A stretch of 57,323 bases of DNA, the filler included, from Sphacelaria rigidula (taxonomy: Eukaryota): NCBI GenBank assembly GCA_964200075.2. It is 3 parts of 3 records of this genome, joined end to end, with 100 filler letters (N's around TTAATTAATTAA, not from the genome) between each part and the next. Parts side by side here need not be neighbours in the genome. Positions count along the whole stretch, not along the records: positions 1 to 19,055 come from CAXNAA020000742.1; positions 19,156 to 38,191 come from CAXNAA020000743.1; 1 more part is not named here. The stretch is one strand, 5' to 3'. Below are positions 14,059-25,849 of the stretch, piece by piece; the stretch's first letter is position 1; the number at the start of each line of letters is the position of its first letter. Made by a program: the position numbers and the translations under genes. Below the pieces are notes generated by a model. That model searched no databases and had not been told where the DNA came from. It saw nothing but the letters and a program-made list of their open reading frames with translations.

Positions 14059-14626
14059 TAGGCCCTGACTTCTAAGGCACGTTTCAGGAAAAATAGTGGG
14101 CCTCAGGCAACTGCTAAGGCATGCCTTACCCCGTATTCATGCCAGAAATGCCTTAGTTTATAGCTCGGGATGCCTTAGACTTGCCGTAGACTTTCTTTGG
14201 ACAATCACTCCGGTTACCCGAATAATCGGAGTGGGCGTTGTCATGAGCTTGACTTATTTCTTATTTCTATTATTTTTGTGGTATACTGCAATGTGTTTTG
14301 CCTTTGTTGAATAAGGCATCTCAGACACGGGGTAGACTGGTGCCCAGAATAAATGGGACGACAACACACATACACAGGCATAAAACACCTTATCAGGCAA
14401 ACCCTTTTCGCAAAAAGACACTCTAAGGTAAAAAATAAAACCCCGGTATCCCGACTAATTGGAGTTGGCGTCGTCATTCGTGTGCCTTACTTCCAGTCTT
14501 TGTTGTAGTATGTGTCTGCCTCGCCCAAACAAGGCATCTCAGGCGCCATAGCCCCCTCTCAGGCAACCCCTTCTGAAAAAGGGCTCTAAGGCAAAAAGTA
14601 AGGCATGCCTTAAAAGTCAGGGCCTA
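14059..14626. mobile_element. Non-autonomous hAT-type MITE (568 bp)
   Basis: TIR TAGGCCCTGACTT(C)TAAGGCA / TGCCTTA(A)AAGTCAGGGCCTA; 8-bp TSD GCTCATGC / GCTCATGT; many internal AAGGCA/GCCTTA motifs. Confidence 0.85.
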
Positions 14627-16854
14627 GCTCATGTGTGCGTGTCTAGAAATATGAAAGTGTGGAAGTGTCACGACCATTTTGGCCACAACCCTGTTGCTTC
14701 GTAGGCATGTCTCTTCAGCAGCAACACCTACTCTGAGCCCCTCCACAAGCCTGTCAAACTGACGTCTAACCAGCGACCTGGGTGCTGAAGGGGTTGAGAC
14801 GCTTGCTTGTATTGTTGTGGGCCTGATTTATGCACCTGTTCGATGAAGTTGAAAGTCGCTGCATTTCAGGCAAATCACAACGGAATGCACCCAGACTGAT
14901 GGTGAAATGACGTCATGTTGCGGGCGTGTACTAGGATATGTAAAATGTACTGGTAGCACATTTCGACGAAGTTGAACATCAATGATATTTTTGCTGTAAA
15001 CGAACGTTCCGTGTGTTTGTCTTGGGTTTGTCTGCAGTATCTTCTGACAGTGGCTATAGTCGTAGCGGATTAGTTGGTGCTCGACAATTCAGTCAATTCA
15101 CGAAAAACAAATCCGCGATACCGTATTGTACGCTAGGATACAAACGTAGGCCGATTTTTCTAGCCGCAGTTAACACATATCCGCAGGGCTGGGGGCATGG
15201 AGGTGTAAAGCCATAGCCCGTTTCCTACTAGACCATGCCAAAATTGAAGATGTACAAAAATCAGGGGTAAGTTGACAGCTCCTGATATGGCACATCGCAC
15301 GGACTAAGCAGTTTCGATGTTCGGCAACATTTGGAGGTTTGGCAAATTCGACGTCTACGACCATGTCGGTGAAGGATTGACCTTCCGGGTTGTATTCATC
15401 GTCCTAATGGGTACGGGGACTCACACGCTTCGCTCTCTATACACGTGAACGTTCTAGAGGAAGTCAGCCTGCGGCAGGCACGGGCGGCTCCTTTCACGCA
15501 TCTTACGCGATCCACTTTCAAGCGCATCGTAACTGATAGGCTGTGTCTATGAAATACCCGCGCTTCTTTCGCCATGCCCGGGGGCTCAAAGGCACACTAC
15601 ATTTGACATTGAAGGCCGACCACTGGCACGTGTGGCCGTACGAATTTTCAGGCATGATGTCCGCAAATCCTGAGTGCAGCACGGAGTAACCACATCTCTG
15701 ACTCGCCGCTGGTGCGCGCCCCCCGTGTGTCCTTGAACGCCGCCCAGAACGAAGGGTCAGTGTCACTGATCGATATCATACCGATCTGGCGCTGTTCTCT
15801 GAAGGCATCTAGGATGAAGGGGGAGTGAGCTCAGCCAGCGCGTAGTGAGCTCAGCCCGAGCGACGAGACTTTCGGCAGGAGCATGCGCTCATCTCGCCGG
15901 GTCTCAGGTTTCAACTGATCGGAGGTGCCGCTCTGCGTTGATACAGTCCGGAGGAGCGGAGGGACTGTCGACGAGAGTGTTGCCCTACGAGAGCGAGGGC
16001 TCCGCTCACCGATGACATGTCGGAGGGAGGGGTATGGAAATCAGTCGGGAGTAAGGGAGTAACAGCGGGACTATTTCAAGGTAGTGTGGGCTCATCGTGC
16101 CCAGTCGTGGGGTCTAACACAGCGAAGGCTTCGCTCTCTGGTGACATCTGGGAGCGAGGGGCAGTAGAAATCAGTCGGGAGAAGCGGAGAGACGATCGGC
16201 GTGAGTATTGGCGGGAGCAGGAGCAATGCGTCGGTCACCATCAGCCGACAGCTAGCATCAAAACCTGGCACACGCGAGAGGAGTGTTATTCGGGGGCGAA
16301 GGTTAGTTGAAGACTTGAAGCGTAGGTGAAGGATACGTGGAGGTGCAGGGTACAGGGGCCGCTGGCAGCGTGGGTTAGTCGCTTCTCGTAGCCACATGGG
16401 CCATCGGTGTTATTATCTATGTGAGGTGCTGTTACACAGTTGTACGTCACGGTGGCTCCTGATTATTGGTAGAGCATGATCTCATTCCCAGGGTTGCAGA
16501 AGAGAACTGCACCTATGTTTTTCGAGTAGTTCCTTCGTAAAAATCTGCGTGTGGGGCCACCACTGCCTTTGTTGGGGGCACTTGCCTCAAGAACGCATTG
16601 GCTGTGACGCTTATCAAAGTACGTGTGTTCCTTTTTGTTTTGCCACGCAGCGCAAGCTGCGCACAGACAGATCACACCAGGCAAGGAAGGCACGAAAAAG
16701 TGCTCGAAGCGCAGGAAGGACTCCCTGTTGGACAACTTTTGAATGCTCAACGAGAGGCACAGATCGAAGGTTACGGAGAAGATGAGGGGATGCGAGAGGC
16801 TCACCGATCGGAAGATCGAGATTATCTCATGGAGTGCTTGGACGCAGGCACGTT

Positions 16855-17360
16855 TGATTGATTGATTGATTGTCGCACTTTGACTGACCCCCCAGGGGTC
16901 CAGCCGTGGTCTTATGATAGACGTACGTACCCAAGAAAACGAAACTGAAACACGCTCTGAGAAAAAGAAGGAACATGAAAAAAAGGGGGTCGAACAAAAC
17001 GACATAGCAGACTTAGTAGTGGAAAAAAGAAAAGTAATGAAAAGGTCAACACCAGCTAAACATAGGAAAAAATGGCCGACCTGAACCAAGAAAAAAGGAA
17101 AAGAGGAGGAAAGTACAGAGCAAATAAAGTAAAATACAATGAAACGATGAAAAGAAAAGAAGAGAAAAAAAAAAGGAAAAGGCCCAGGGCGTTGGCTTAT
17201 TTTTTCATTGTTCCTGTACAAGATATGTGTATGCTCAGCTTCGCCTTCACGATCTGGTACACCGATCCGATTGCGCAGACCTGCGGTCAGAGCGCGGATC
17301 CACCCCCTGATGAACCGTACATGTACGCAGTCGGGGTGCTACCCATGATGGCGTCGTTGG
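16855..17360 (-). mobile_element. Non-LTR retroelement 3' fragment with (CAAT)n tail
   Basis: The + strand shows (ATTG)n-TCGCACTTTGACTGACCCCCCAGGGGTCCAGCCGTGGTC then an A-rich tract; homologous to 54410-54690. Confidence 0.75.
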
Positions 17361-18997
17361 TGTCCTTTACTAGCGTACGAACAAAACAGTAGGTTGGTCA
17401 AGATCAGACGCTACGTTTTGTTGAGATCGGATTCTATTTTTCTCTGGCTTTTTGCAGTTTTTGTCCACCTGATTCAACGCACACCGAAGAAACCTCCAAG
17501 CCCATTGTCGTGCCAACAATATTCCGTGTGTAAGATTTCGACGCGATAGCATGTGGCGAAGTTGAAAAAGTTGGCCATGAAACAACTGGCATGTTTTGTT
17601 TTGTTTTCACGTTTTCTTGGCGCTTGTCAGGTATCGACGGACTTCCTTCACTTGGCTCGATGTTATCTGAGTGTAATAAGTTGAAAGTAGCCACGGCACA
17701 TCGTTTCCATGAGGTCGGGCCACAACATTTGTTCAAGGCTTTTTGGTGACCAATTTGATTTCATGTAAACGCCGCGAAAAAAAAGGGAAAAATGTCCCCG
17801 ATGAGCAATGCTACGGTAGGGGTTGCACTTTTTTTTTGTAATAGCCAATATATATATGGGGCTTACTGTGCGACCCAAATATCCAGGGACTGGACTCCCA
17901 GAAACATTGTGTTTGCACGCAGGGGCCTTTTCGTGAATCAGCATCATTTTCAGTCTTTTTCAAGTGAAAATGATGCTGATTCTCAAAATGATCCGTCCAA
18001 CACCCCGAGCAGCCCCGAGAAACGTTTTGGCTGATAACGTGTAACCCCTAACCCCTACCGTAGCATCGCTCCGATCTGAGAAACAAAACTCAGGGTCTGG
18101 TGTTGTATTTACAATGCCAACAGCTGTACAATATTCGTATTGGTTACGTCTGTATGTTATGTTCATATATACTGTGCATTTGTACGCGTTAGGTGTACGT
18201 ACTTTCGAATGATATTCATCCCAGTTTGGGTTAGTGGGTTATCAGCGTCTCTGAACGCCGGTTTCCGTTCCTGCCCGCGTCGGCTGTATCCCGCACGAAG
18301 CCTGCAGAAAATTATCACCAGTTCACAGGCTAAAATAGCATACAAGGCAATTGGTTCTGCAGCAAACCCCCGAGGCAAGAGAGTTGCAGCTCCGAGTACG
18401 GTGTTTTTTCCTAATTCGATTATATATTGTCGTTCCCTCGTCCTCAAAAATCTGTTTTTGAATTCGATTGGTGTTGAAAAATCCTACAGGCATTTTTCTT
18501 AGACGTACGCCAAAACGTCGCCCACTCCCAGCGACGGCATACCTCGTACCATGCACCTCCAGAGGTCACGGACCTAGTACACTGATCTCTCCAAGGTGGG
18601 GCCCAAAGGTAGTATAGTACGGTAGGCAATATGAGCACATACCGTATCGCCTTCCTAGCTTCTCGCCCGCTCTTCCCTACCGTAATCTCTCCTCGCCAAC
18701 GCCAATTCATCCTGGCCTCATGCGTGCGATAACGCTAGGTCGTCCTTCCCACGCCCATTTGCAACGACTCGTCGATGCTACAGGCTCTGTACAACGACAC
18801 TTCGTATTTACCCTCTAAACCCCCAAAAATCCCCAGCAATCACACATCAAACGCTTCCACGACCACAATAAAACTTGCCGAATTCCGCTGATAATCTAAC
18901 CGCATGTTACCTCTTCAGCATGCACCCTCCATGCGCTCATAACTCCCCGGCGATATACCATCAACATTTTCCCCAAAAATCCAATCGCACTGGTCTA

Positions 18998-19055
18998 GCC
19001 GGTCGCCCCGGTGGCTCAGTTGGTAACGTCGTAACCTTCTGATGGTTGAGTAGTG
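18998..19055 (+). mobile_element. tRNA-derived SINE head truncated by the contig end
   Basis: GCCCCGGTGGCTCAGTTGGT (Pol III A box) then ..AACCTTCTG; matches the head of the SINE at 36645. Confidence 0.7.
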
Positions 19056-19155
19056 NNNNNNNNNNNNNNNNNNNNNNNNNNNNNNNNNNNNNNNNNNNNT
19101 TAATTAATTAANNNNNNNNNNNNNNNNNNNNNNNNNNNNNNNNNNNNNNNNNNNN
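19056..19155. other. Artificial contig linker
   Basis: N44-TTAATTAATTAA-N44, 100 bp, with stop codons in all six frames. Confidence 0.97.
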
Positions 19156-19789
19156 GAGCCTCATCTCGAAGTTGAACCTCAATTCGCACAATTTGTTGTT
19201 ACTTGCTTCCGCGGCTTCAGAATGAAATCAGTGAGACAAATGGTTGATTGGGCGCTTATTTGGCCAAGAAAAGCAGAACTCGCAGTTTCCCCTTAAAACG
19301 GAGAACTGATGGTAGTAGTGGAGGAAAGTGACTAGAGGGCGGTGAGGACCACCGACTACAATTGCTCAATCCATGGAACAAAAACCAAAGCTCTACACGT
19401 ACGTAGACTAATAAAGCGCGTCCTTGACTCTGACGTGTTGGTTTGCCAGCTCACAGACTGGGTTCTTACTCAAGCTACAGCACTCTCAAACATTGGCAGC
19501 ACACTGCCTCAATCTACACGCTTACGTGGCAATTCTGACAGGATATTAAACTCAAGTATCCACATGAAGCACAGTACTTGAACCCTTAGTCAACATTGGG
19601 TGCCTCCTAGTTGAACCAGAGCATATTGCCCCGCAAAATTTGCTACAGAGTAAAAACTCACACACAGAAGATATACAGCTAGATTGCTGGCTGTATAGAT
19701 TTCCAACATCTTGAAGGCTTCAACTCAAAATTATACTTAGCGCCGCGCGGAGAAGAATGCAACGAGGTAAAAAACAATCGCTTTCGATC

Positions 19790-20410
19790 GAAAATACGCG
19801 GTCGAAAGGCATGAAGCGGGACTTGACTCCTATCTTACAGACCACCACGCCAAATAACACCTGTTCACAGAACCATGCAAATTTCATCCGACTCATTCTC
19901 AGCTACCACCGCAACCCTGCAGCATAGAGCACAAGTTTAGCACAGGGAAAGATACACTGGAGTAGTAGTTGGGTGTGCTTTCTATTTTTTGTTGGCGAAA
20001 ACTTGCGCATCTTCTCTCATGGTCGGCATCAGGGACGGAACTGCGTGGTACGGTGGGCGATCGAGTTGCGTGCACGCTCATGAACAATGCAGGTACTACA
20101 AAGCTACACGTTACTGAAGTCCATTTCACGTCGCATTGTAAGCAGAGAGAACTAATAGTCCTGGGCTATCTGCACTGCACGTTGCCTGCTTCTCCTTTAT
20201 ATCCTCCTGCACGAAACACGGACACACGCACCCAAGACACCCTGCTTGCAAGCCGTGCGCACTCAAAATTGCCCGTACTGTACACGAGCGACCATGTACC
20301 GTTTCACGAATGCCACTGACTGTTTTCGATCGATGGTTCGAAAATCCATCCGAATCCAACTGCAAAAAAACGAGAAATTTTCGCCACCGCCTCATTTTTT
20401 CGAGCGAAAA
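19790..20410 (+). repeat. Dispersed repeat; a diverged inverted copy lies at ~41170-41720
   Basis: Shared blocks such as CATTCTCAGCTACCAC..GCAGCATAGAGCAC, GACGGAACTGCGTGGT, TTTCACGTCGCA..AAGCAGAGAG and ATCTGCACTGCACGTTGCC. Confidence 0.8.
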
Positions 20411-20584
20411 CAAAAGTGTGCTAAGACAGGCCGTGACTTTGATTCCGGATTGCACATCCAAAGACTAATCTTTCGGACTGTTAACCTTCTGACCGTCAGA
20501 GTTCGCAATCTGGGTCAAGAGTTCTCAAAAGTTACGCTGATCCCACCAACAGCTATAAAGCCCACTCCTGATCGAGAGGTATTA

Positions 20585-21121
20585 CTTTCTCTGTCGCATA
20601 AGTAAAGGTACCTAAATTTGTACGGACCCCTAACGATGTCCGATCGTTATTTTTTTCAATGAATTCTACGGTATTTTTTGGGTCAAGAAAATGTGTTCAA
20701 AATTTGCAGCTCGTGCTTGCACTATGCCGCCGAACGGCTGCAAAAACAGTAGTCGGCCTAAAATGGCCGTTTTTTGCCCCTTTCCGAGGGGAAACAAGTG
20801 TTGAACAAAAAACTGTTTTTTTCTTGATCGCGTGGGACTTCCTGGCAGGAAGCCCCAGTGAAGGCGGGGGCGATTTATAGAAAATCGGGAAAAAAAACGA
20901 CACTTCTTTTTTCCCTCGGAAAGGGGCAAAACACGGCCATTTTTGGGCCAACTACTTTTTGTGCAGCCGTTCGGCGGCATGGTTCAAGCGCGAGCTGCAA
21001 ATTTTGAACACATTTTCTTGACCCAAAAAGCACCGTAGAGTTCATTAAAAAAAAAAAAGCGATCGGACCTCGTTAAGGGCCGGTAAAAATTCAGGCACTT
21101 TTACTTATGGGACAGAGGAAG
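20585..21121. mobile_element. Tc1/mariner (Stowaway-like) MITE, symmetric foldback form
   Basis: TA|CTTTCTCTGTCGCATAAGTAAA ... TTTACTTATGGGACAGAGGAAG|TA; inverted arms of roughly 230 bp. Confidence 0.88.
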
Positions 21122-23261
21122 TATATACTCTAAACCAGGCGGAAATTATTGTTAGAATGAGCCATCTTCACATTCTGAAAGTTCCACAGCAAACAGGAAG
21201 CATTGAGTCGCTTTGTCTTATAAGAGACCAAGGCATGAACCTGAAAAGAGAAACGTATCATGCGCGGCAGATGGGCGCCTGACCACCATCCATGTTGGCG
21301 CGCCGCCGTGCTTTATTCAACGGGAAGCCGTCCAGTATTCAGGGATAAGCGCTAGTTCCGCGATTTTCGAAACTCATTTTGGGTCGTGCTCGTGACCGCT
21401 CAACCAAAGTTCAGATCAACTCGGAGACGCGATTATCCTCATTTCCCGACCGCTTGGGCACAAGAGAGATCGAACCAAAGCACTCCATAGTGATATGTTC
21501 GAGGCTTTCACCGTGTGCTATCGCATGTTGAAAAAAAGGCAACGTACGTAGTCTGCATCTTGGTTTGTGTGAATGTCAGCTCTGCAGCAAATCACGGTGG
21601 TACAATCTGTAACGGTTCAACAAAATCTTCGATCATGTAACCGTCCAGCACGTGTCCTCGTCCTTCCCATCAAATAAGAATACTCCCTACACGTTGAGGT
21701 AGATACTGCGTGCATGGTTGCAGTAGGATGCTGTAGCTCAACAACTAGGATAGCTCCCAGTGGATCTGGGGGTAAAGCTGGCGCGACCATCACGTCAGCA
21801 ATAGGTCTATACAGATGATAAAATCTGACTTGACGTACGTCCAGTGACCCAAAATATTTTGATGTCTTGAGAGAATTGGCACTACCGGAACGACGATCGT
21901 TAACTGCTCTATGCTGTCAGGAGAGACTGCGTGTTATATTTCGTCGAGGCTAAATGGGTTGCCCCCTAAACACTACGTTGGCATTTCTCATTTTACTGCA
22001 AAATAAAAATTGACCTCACACCCACTATCCATCCTCTGCAATTCCATCCACTTAGGAAGGAGGCCTGTCTCTTGACAGTACCACACCACACGAGCCTTTG
22101 AACATCGCATGTGTCGATGGTGTTTCTTTAGCTGCCGAAGTGAAGTGTTTGTGGGGCGGTGCTACAATTCACAGAACACCGTAAAGTGTAGCGATATATT
22201 TTTCAAATCTCTAGCGAGTTCGTCACTTCGTGGGTGGCCGGCGACTCTGCACAAAACGGTCCTTGGTTTTGTTTCGAAACAAGGGTCCGTCAAGAATATT
22301 TTTCGGGACACGTAGGCCCCAAGATCGAAAATTCGAGTTTTCGAGAGGGTGGGGGGGGGAACCCAGCCTACTGTCCCCTAGTTTATTGTCGAGGCGATGG
22401 CGAATGCGATCAGCTGCCGTGTACAGAGATTATTGGCATGGGGACCGCGGAGATGACGGACACACCGCCCTTCGAAGCTCATCACTTACCATGATTTCAT
22501 TAATGGGATCGTGATCTGTGTCGTGTACCTCGACTACCTACCACTAATAGTCCGGGCAAATCTGGCGAGGCGTGGGATAATGTTGCTACATTTGGCTACA
22601 GACTGTCGCTACCGTGCGCTCGTGTATTGTACATAGATGTGTGTGAGCGTTTCCGGCATCCGAGATCATCGGGACAAGGCGGGCAGAGGGCGGAAGCAAA
22701 TATATGAACCTCACAAAGCCCGCCAGTCTTTTCGGTTTCTGTCAGTGTTTGTTTAGCATTTTCTTTCAACAATTTCCACAAAAATCACAAACCAACTGTA
22801 AATATCACGACAATTTTCGGAAAATTGCCCTCCGGGCGGGGGGGGGGGGGGGGGCGCCCATCCCGGGGGGGGGGGGGGGGGGGGGGGAGGGGCCCCCGCG
22901 CGCAAAAANNNNNNNNNNGGTTGCCGCCGTTCCAGCTGCGGGGCGGGTCCGTCGCCCCCCGGGGGGGGGGGGGGGGGGGGGGGGAGGAGGGGCTCCGTGT
23001 CCGAAAAAAATCTCTCCACAGACCCTTGGTCGAACTTGTAAAATGCGTTAAGTACAGGAAAATCAATGCCGTGGTGCATTCTTGACTCTGTGGTCAGCAG
23101 ACATGGTCTGTATCACTGCTTCTGCATTTATCATCGTTGGTCTTATTAAACTGGAAACATGCGGAAGGTACGCGCTGAGAATCAATGAGACCCCAGAAGA
23201 AGGACAGGACGAAAACGAATGATATGCAGAGTCGATTGGTTTATTGATTCAGTATCGTACG

Positions 23262-23510
23262 TGTTATGCGTGAGAGGACCGCGTGCTTAGAGGACCGGGT
23301 GCTTAGAGGACCGCGTGCTTGGAGGAACGCATCGGAGTTCGAACATCCCCATGGTTAGGGTTAGGGTTAGGGTTAGGGTTAGTGTTGGCGTCAGGGTCAG
23401 GGGCGTGGTCTCTGCAGGGACTGGCCCGATTGATTTTGCAAAAGCTCGATCCTGAGGTGTTTCGAACTACGATGCCGTCCTCTAAGCACGCGGTCCTCTC
23501 ACGCATTACA
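23262..23510. mobile_element. TG..CA MITE with internal (TTAGGG)n, copy A
   Basis: TIR TGT(T/A)ATGCGTGAGAGGACCGCGTGCTTAGAGGAC; perfect 5-bp TSD GTACG; four perfect TTAGGG units at ~23355-23378. Confidence 0.9.
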
Positions 23511-24159
23511 GTACGTCAACTGATCCTCGAGAGACCCAGCCATGGTCACTATTCACGAGGTAGAAGTACGAATTGTTAGCAAAACAGACACGCTCGCTGA
23601 AGGGGGAGAAAAACGGAGGAAACGTGAAGACGAGAACAAAAATAAAGCCCAGCAATATTAGCAAAGGAAAATAATGGGAAAAGCTCGGAATATTTAAACA
23701 TGAATGGAGCGAGACTAGCGAAATAGAACCAGGGATATCCGATCCAGGCAGCATGGTTTTGGTTGAAAAAGAGATTGCGCAAAAAACGCGCACGCACTCA
23801 TACACAAATGAGAAGGGGAAAGCCGTGGGATCGGACTGAGCGTCAGCTATTCGGATCAACCTATTTGGGCAAGAGTTCTCACCGATTGGTCCTTCGGAAG
23901 TACGGCACTAAACTTTCACATGTACAACACTGAGAGGAAAGCCACAACGAAAGAGGGCTTGGAGTGTCGAAAAGAGAGTTCGAGACAGAGAAAGCACAGA
24001 GCAGGAAGGAAATAAGGTAGCGATGAAATCAATTGACACGGTAGAGCACGGCCATTGTAAAGCATGGACACTATAGAGCATGAACGAAGGTCCAGCCAGT
24101 GGACGCCGCAAGACCAAAGGCCAAGGAAGACTTCAGCAACAGATAAGGACAATGAGTAT

Positions 24160-24490
24160 TACTATTTCCACCCATGAGTCCGATATCTCGAACCCGCGGT
24201 CACAGACGTAGGCTCGTCGTTTCCAATACCGTCCCTGCAATTATGTACAAGACATAGAGTTCTCATATTTGTTCTGAGATTCCAGACTAAAAACCAAAAC
24301 CAAACAAAGCATGACCGAAAAAAAATATAAGGAGAGAGGCGCCAAGAAACAAATGAGAAAATAGCCTTCCCCGAGTTCATCGCGGTTAAAAACAGAAAGA
24401 AAGAACAAACCCTTCAGTCCTGCTAAATCGCCTACCGAAAAAATGGGAAAGAGAAGAAAAAAGGAGAGACAGATGAAAAAGGAGAGCAGC
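24160..24490 (-). mobile_element. Probable LINE 3' UTR fragment
   Basis: TACTATTTCCACCCATGAG..GAACCCGCGGTCACAGACGTAGGCTC then an A-rich tract; resembles brown-algal LINE 3' ends (recalled, not searched). Confidence 0.5.
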
Positions 24491-24843
24491 ACACAGGCGG
24501 CCATCTGGCAACCCCCAAAATTCCTCCAGGTCGGTCAACGTTTCGAGCCTCCAGAAGAATTCGACGCATCGGGAGGGGTGCGCGGCCCTCGAGAGGAGAT
24601 TGTTCGTTTCCTCAACAGGGGTTAAATGCCTCCGGAGGCCTCCCTTCGCCTCTGGAGGGCCGCGTATATCTCCGAAGGTATTTTGCTACCCCCAAATTAC
24701 TCCGGGGGGTGCGTGGCCTTCCAGGTCTGTAGTGTTTGGTTTTCTCCAGGCGAATTGAAGGCCTCCGGAGGCTTGGTCTGCCTCTGGACGGCCGCGCATC
24801 CCTCCGGAGCCATTTCGGGGGGTTGCCAACTGGCCGCGTGTGC
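24489..24843. mobile_element. MITE-like element with inverted ends and internal CCTCCGGAGG repeats
   Basis: GCACAC..GCGGCCATCTGGCAACCCCC versus GGGGGTTGCCAACTGGCCGCGTGTGC. Confidence 0.6.
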
Positions 24844-25339
24844 ATGGCCACGAGGCGGAGGTTAACTCAACAAACCCAGGTACCCTCATAGATGACTGCT
24901 AAAGCCGGTCGGAAAGGCGGCAGATGCACTACCGAGTTTACTACGCAATGGGCTACTGGCTACTTTCCGGGGGTCACCGGTAGGTACTGGGGAACTCTAG
25001 TGGTAGCACAGCGAACAATTCTTCGGCATGGCGTGCTTTGGTCCAGGCCGTCCTCTACGACTCGGGATCATTTGCACACATTCGCCCATGATCTCGCCTT
25101 TATTCCGAAGTTGGAACTGTATTACGTGAAACAGTGTTGAAGGCATCTTGCTGGTTAGCCTGCGTTCGTCATTCCCCGCAAGTCGATATTGGAGAGGCGT
25201 TCGTCGTGCATGCGCGACGCTTTCTACTTCTGAACTATATATAGCCCCCCCCCCCGCGCGCGCGCGCCAAAACCAGCCCGAGAGTGTCACGAAATAAATG
25301 GCCATATCCCGCCTGATGCTTGGGTTCAGGTCGCATTAA

Positions 25340-25817
25340 CCCTTTTGGAACTCACAACGGAAAATTGAATATATGCGTTTGACGGTATTTGAGCAATATA
25401 TGGTTGATGTTTTACAGCTCAGACGCAACAACATTAACCAAATACGTATTGTTCAGACCCGTGCGAGTGACAAGTGGAACAAAAAAAGCTTCCCTACTTA
25501 CCGATGTGTCGTACCAGACCCTGGAACTCATTGCTGCTTTTTTAATGGAATGTTTTATAGTGTTTTTGCTGATTATTGTCGACGGATACAATGGGTCACA
25601 GTTCATCCGTTGCGTGGTATGATTTGACAAACCTTACCCAACCTCTCCAGGAAGGACATTTTTCCTGCACCCGCCGCGTGTGCTACTGGATTCTTCTTTG
25701 ATCTTCCATTATAAATGGTTGCCGTCAGCCTTTTCTGCTCCCATGTGTTCCTCTTTGTCAGGGCTTCTCATAACGAGGCGTGCGGCCCGGGGACAGGAGG
25801 GGAGGGTTCCGAAAGGG
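25340..25817. mobile_element. piggyBac-like MITE (478 bp)
   Basis: TTAA|CCCTTTTGGAAC ... GTTCCGAAAGGG|TTAA; TTAA on both flanks with CCC..GGG termini. Confidence 0.8.
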
Positions 25818-25849
25818 TTAAGCGCCTCATATTGGTGACATTGGCGAGA

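Noticed and set aside
16463..17221. 252-aa Phe-rich membrane-like ORF
   Set aside because: It is a by-product of the T-rich 3' tract of a retroelement; the same applies to 54342-54728.
19005..19055. tRNA gene
   Set aside because: Only the A-box/D-arm-like portion is present and it matches the SINE head at 36645; no full cloverleaf.
22832..22992. Poly-G tracts, G-quadruplex, or Pro/Gly-rich ORFs
   Set aside because: They flank a small N gap and look like low-quality homopolymer sequence.
23353..23382. True telomere or chromosome-fusion scar
   Set aside because: Only about four units, enclosed in TIRs and repeated in dispersed MITE copies.
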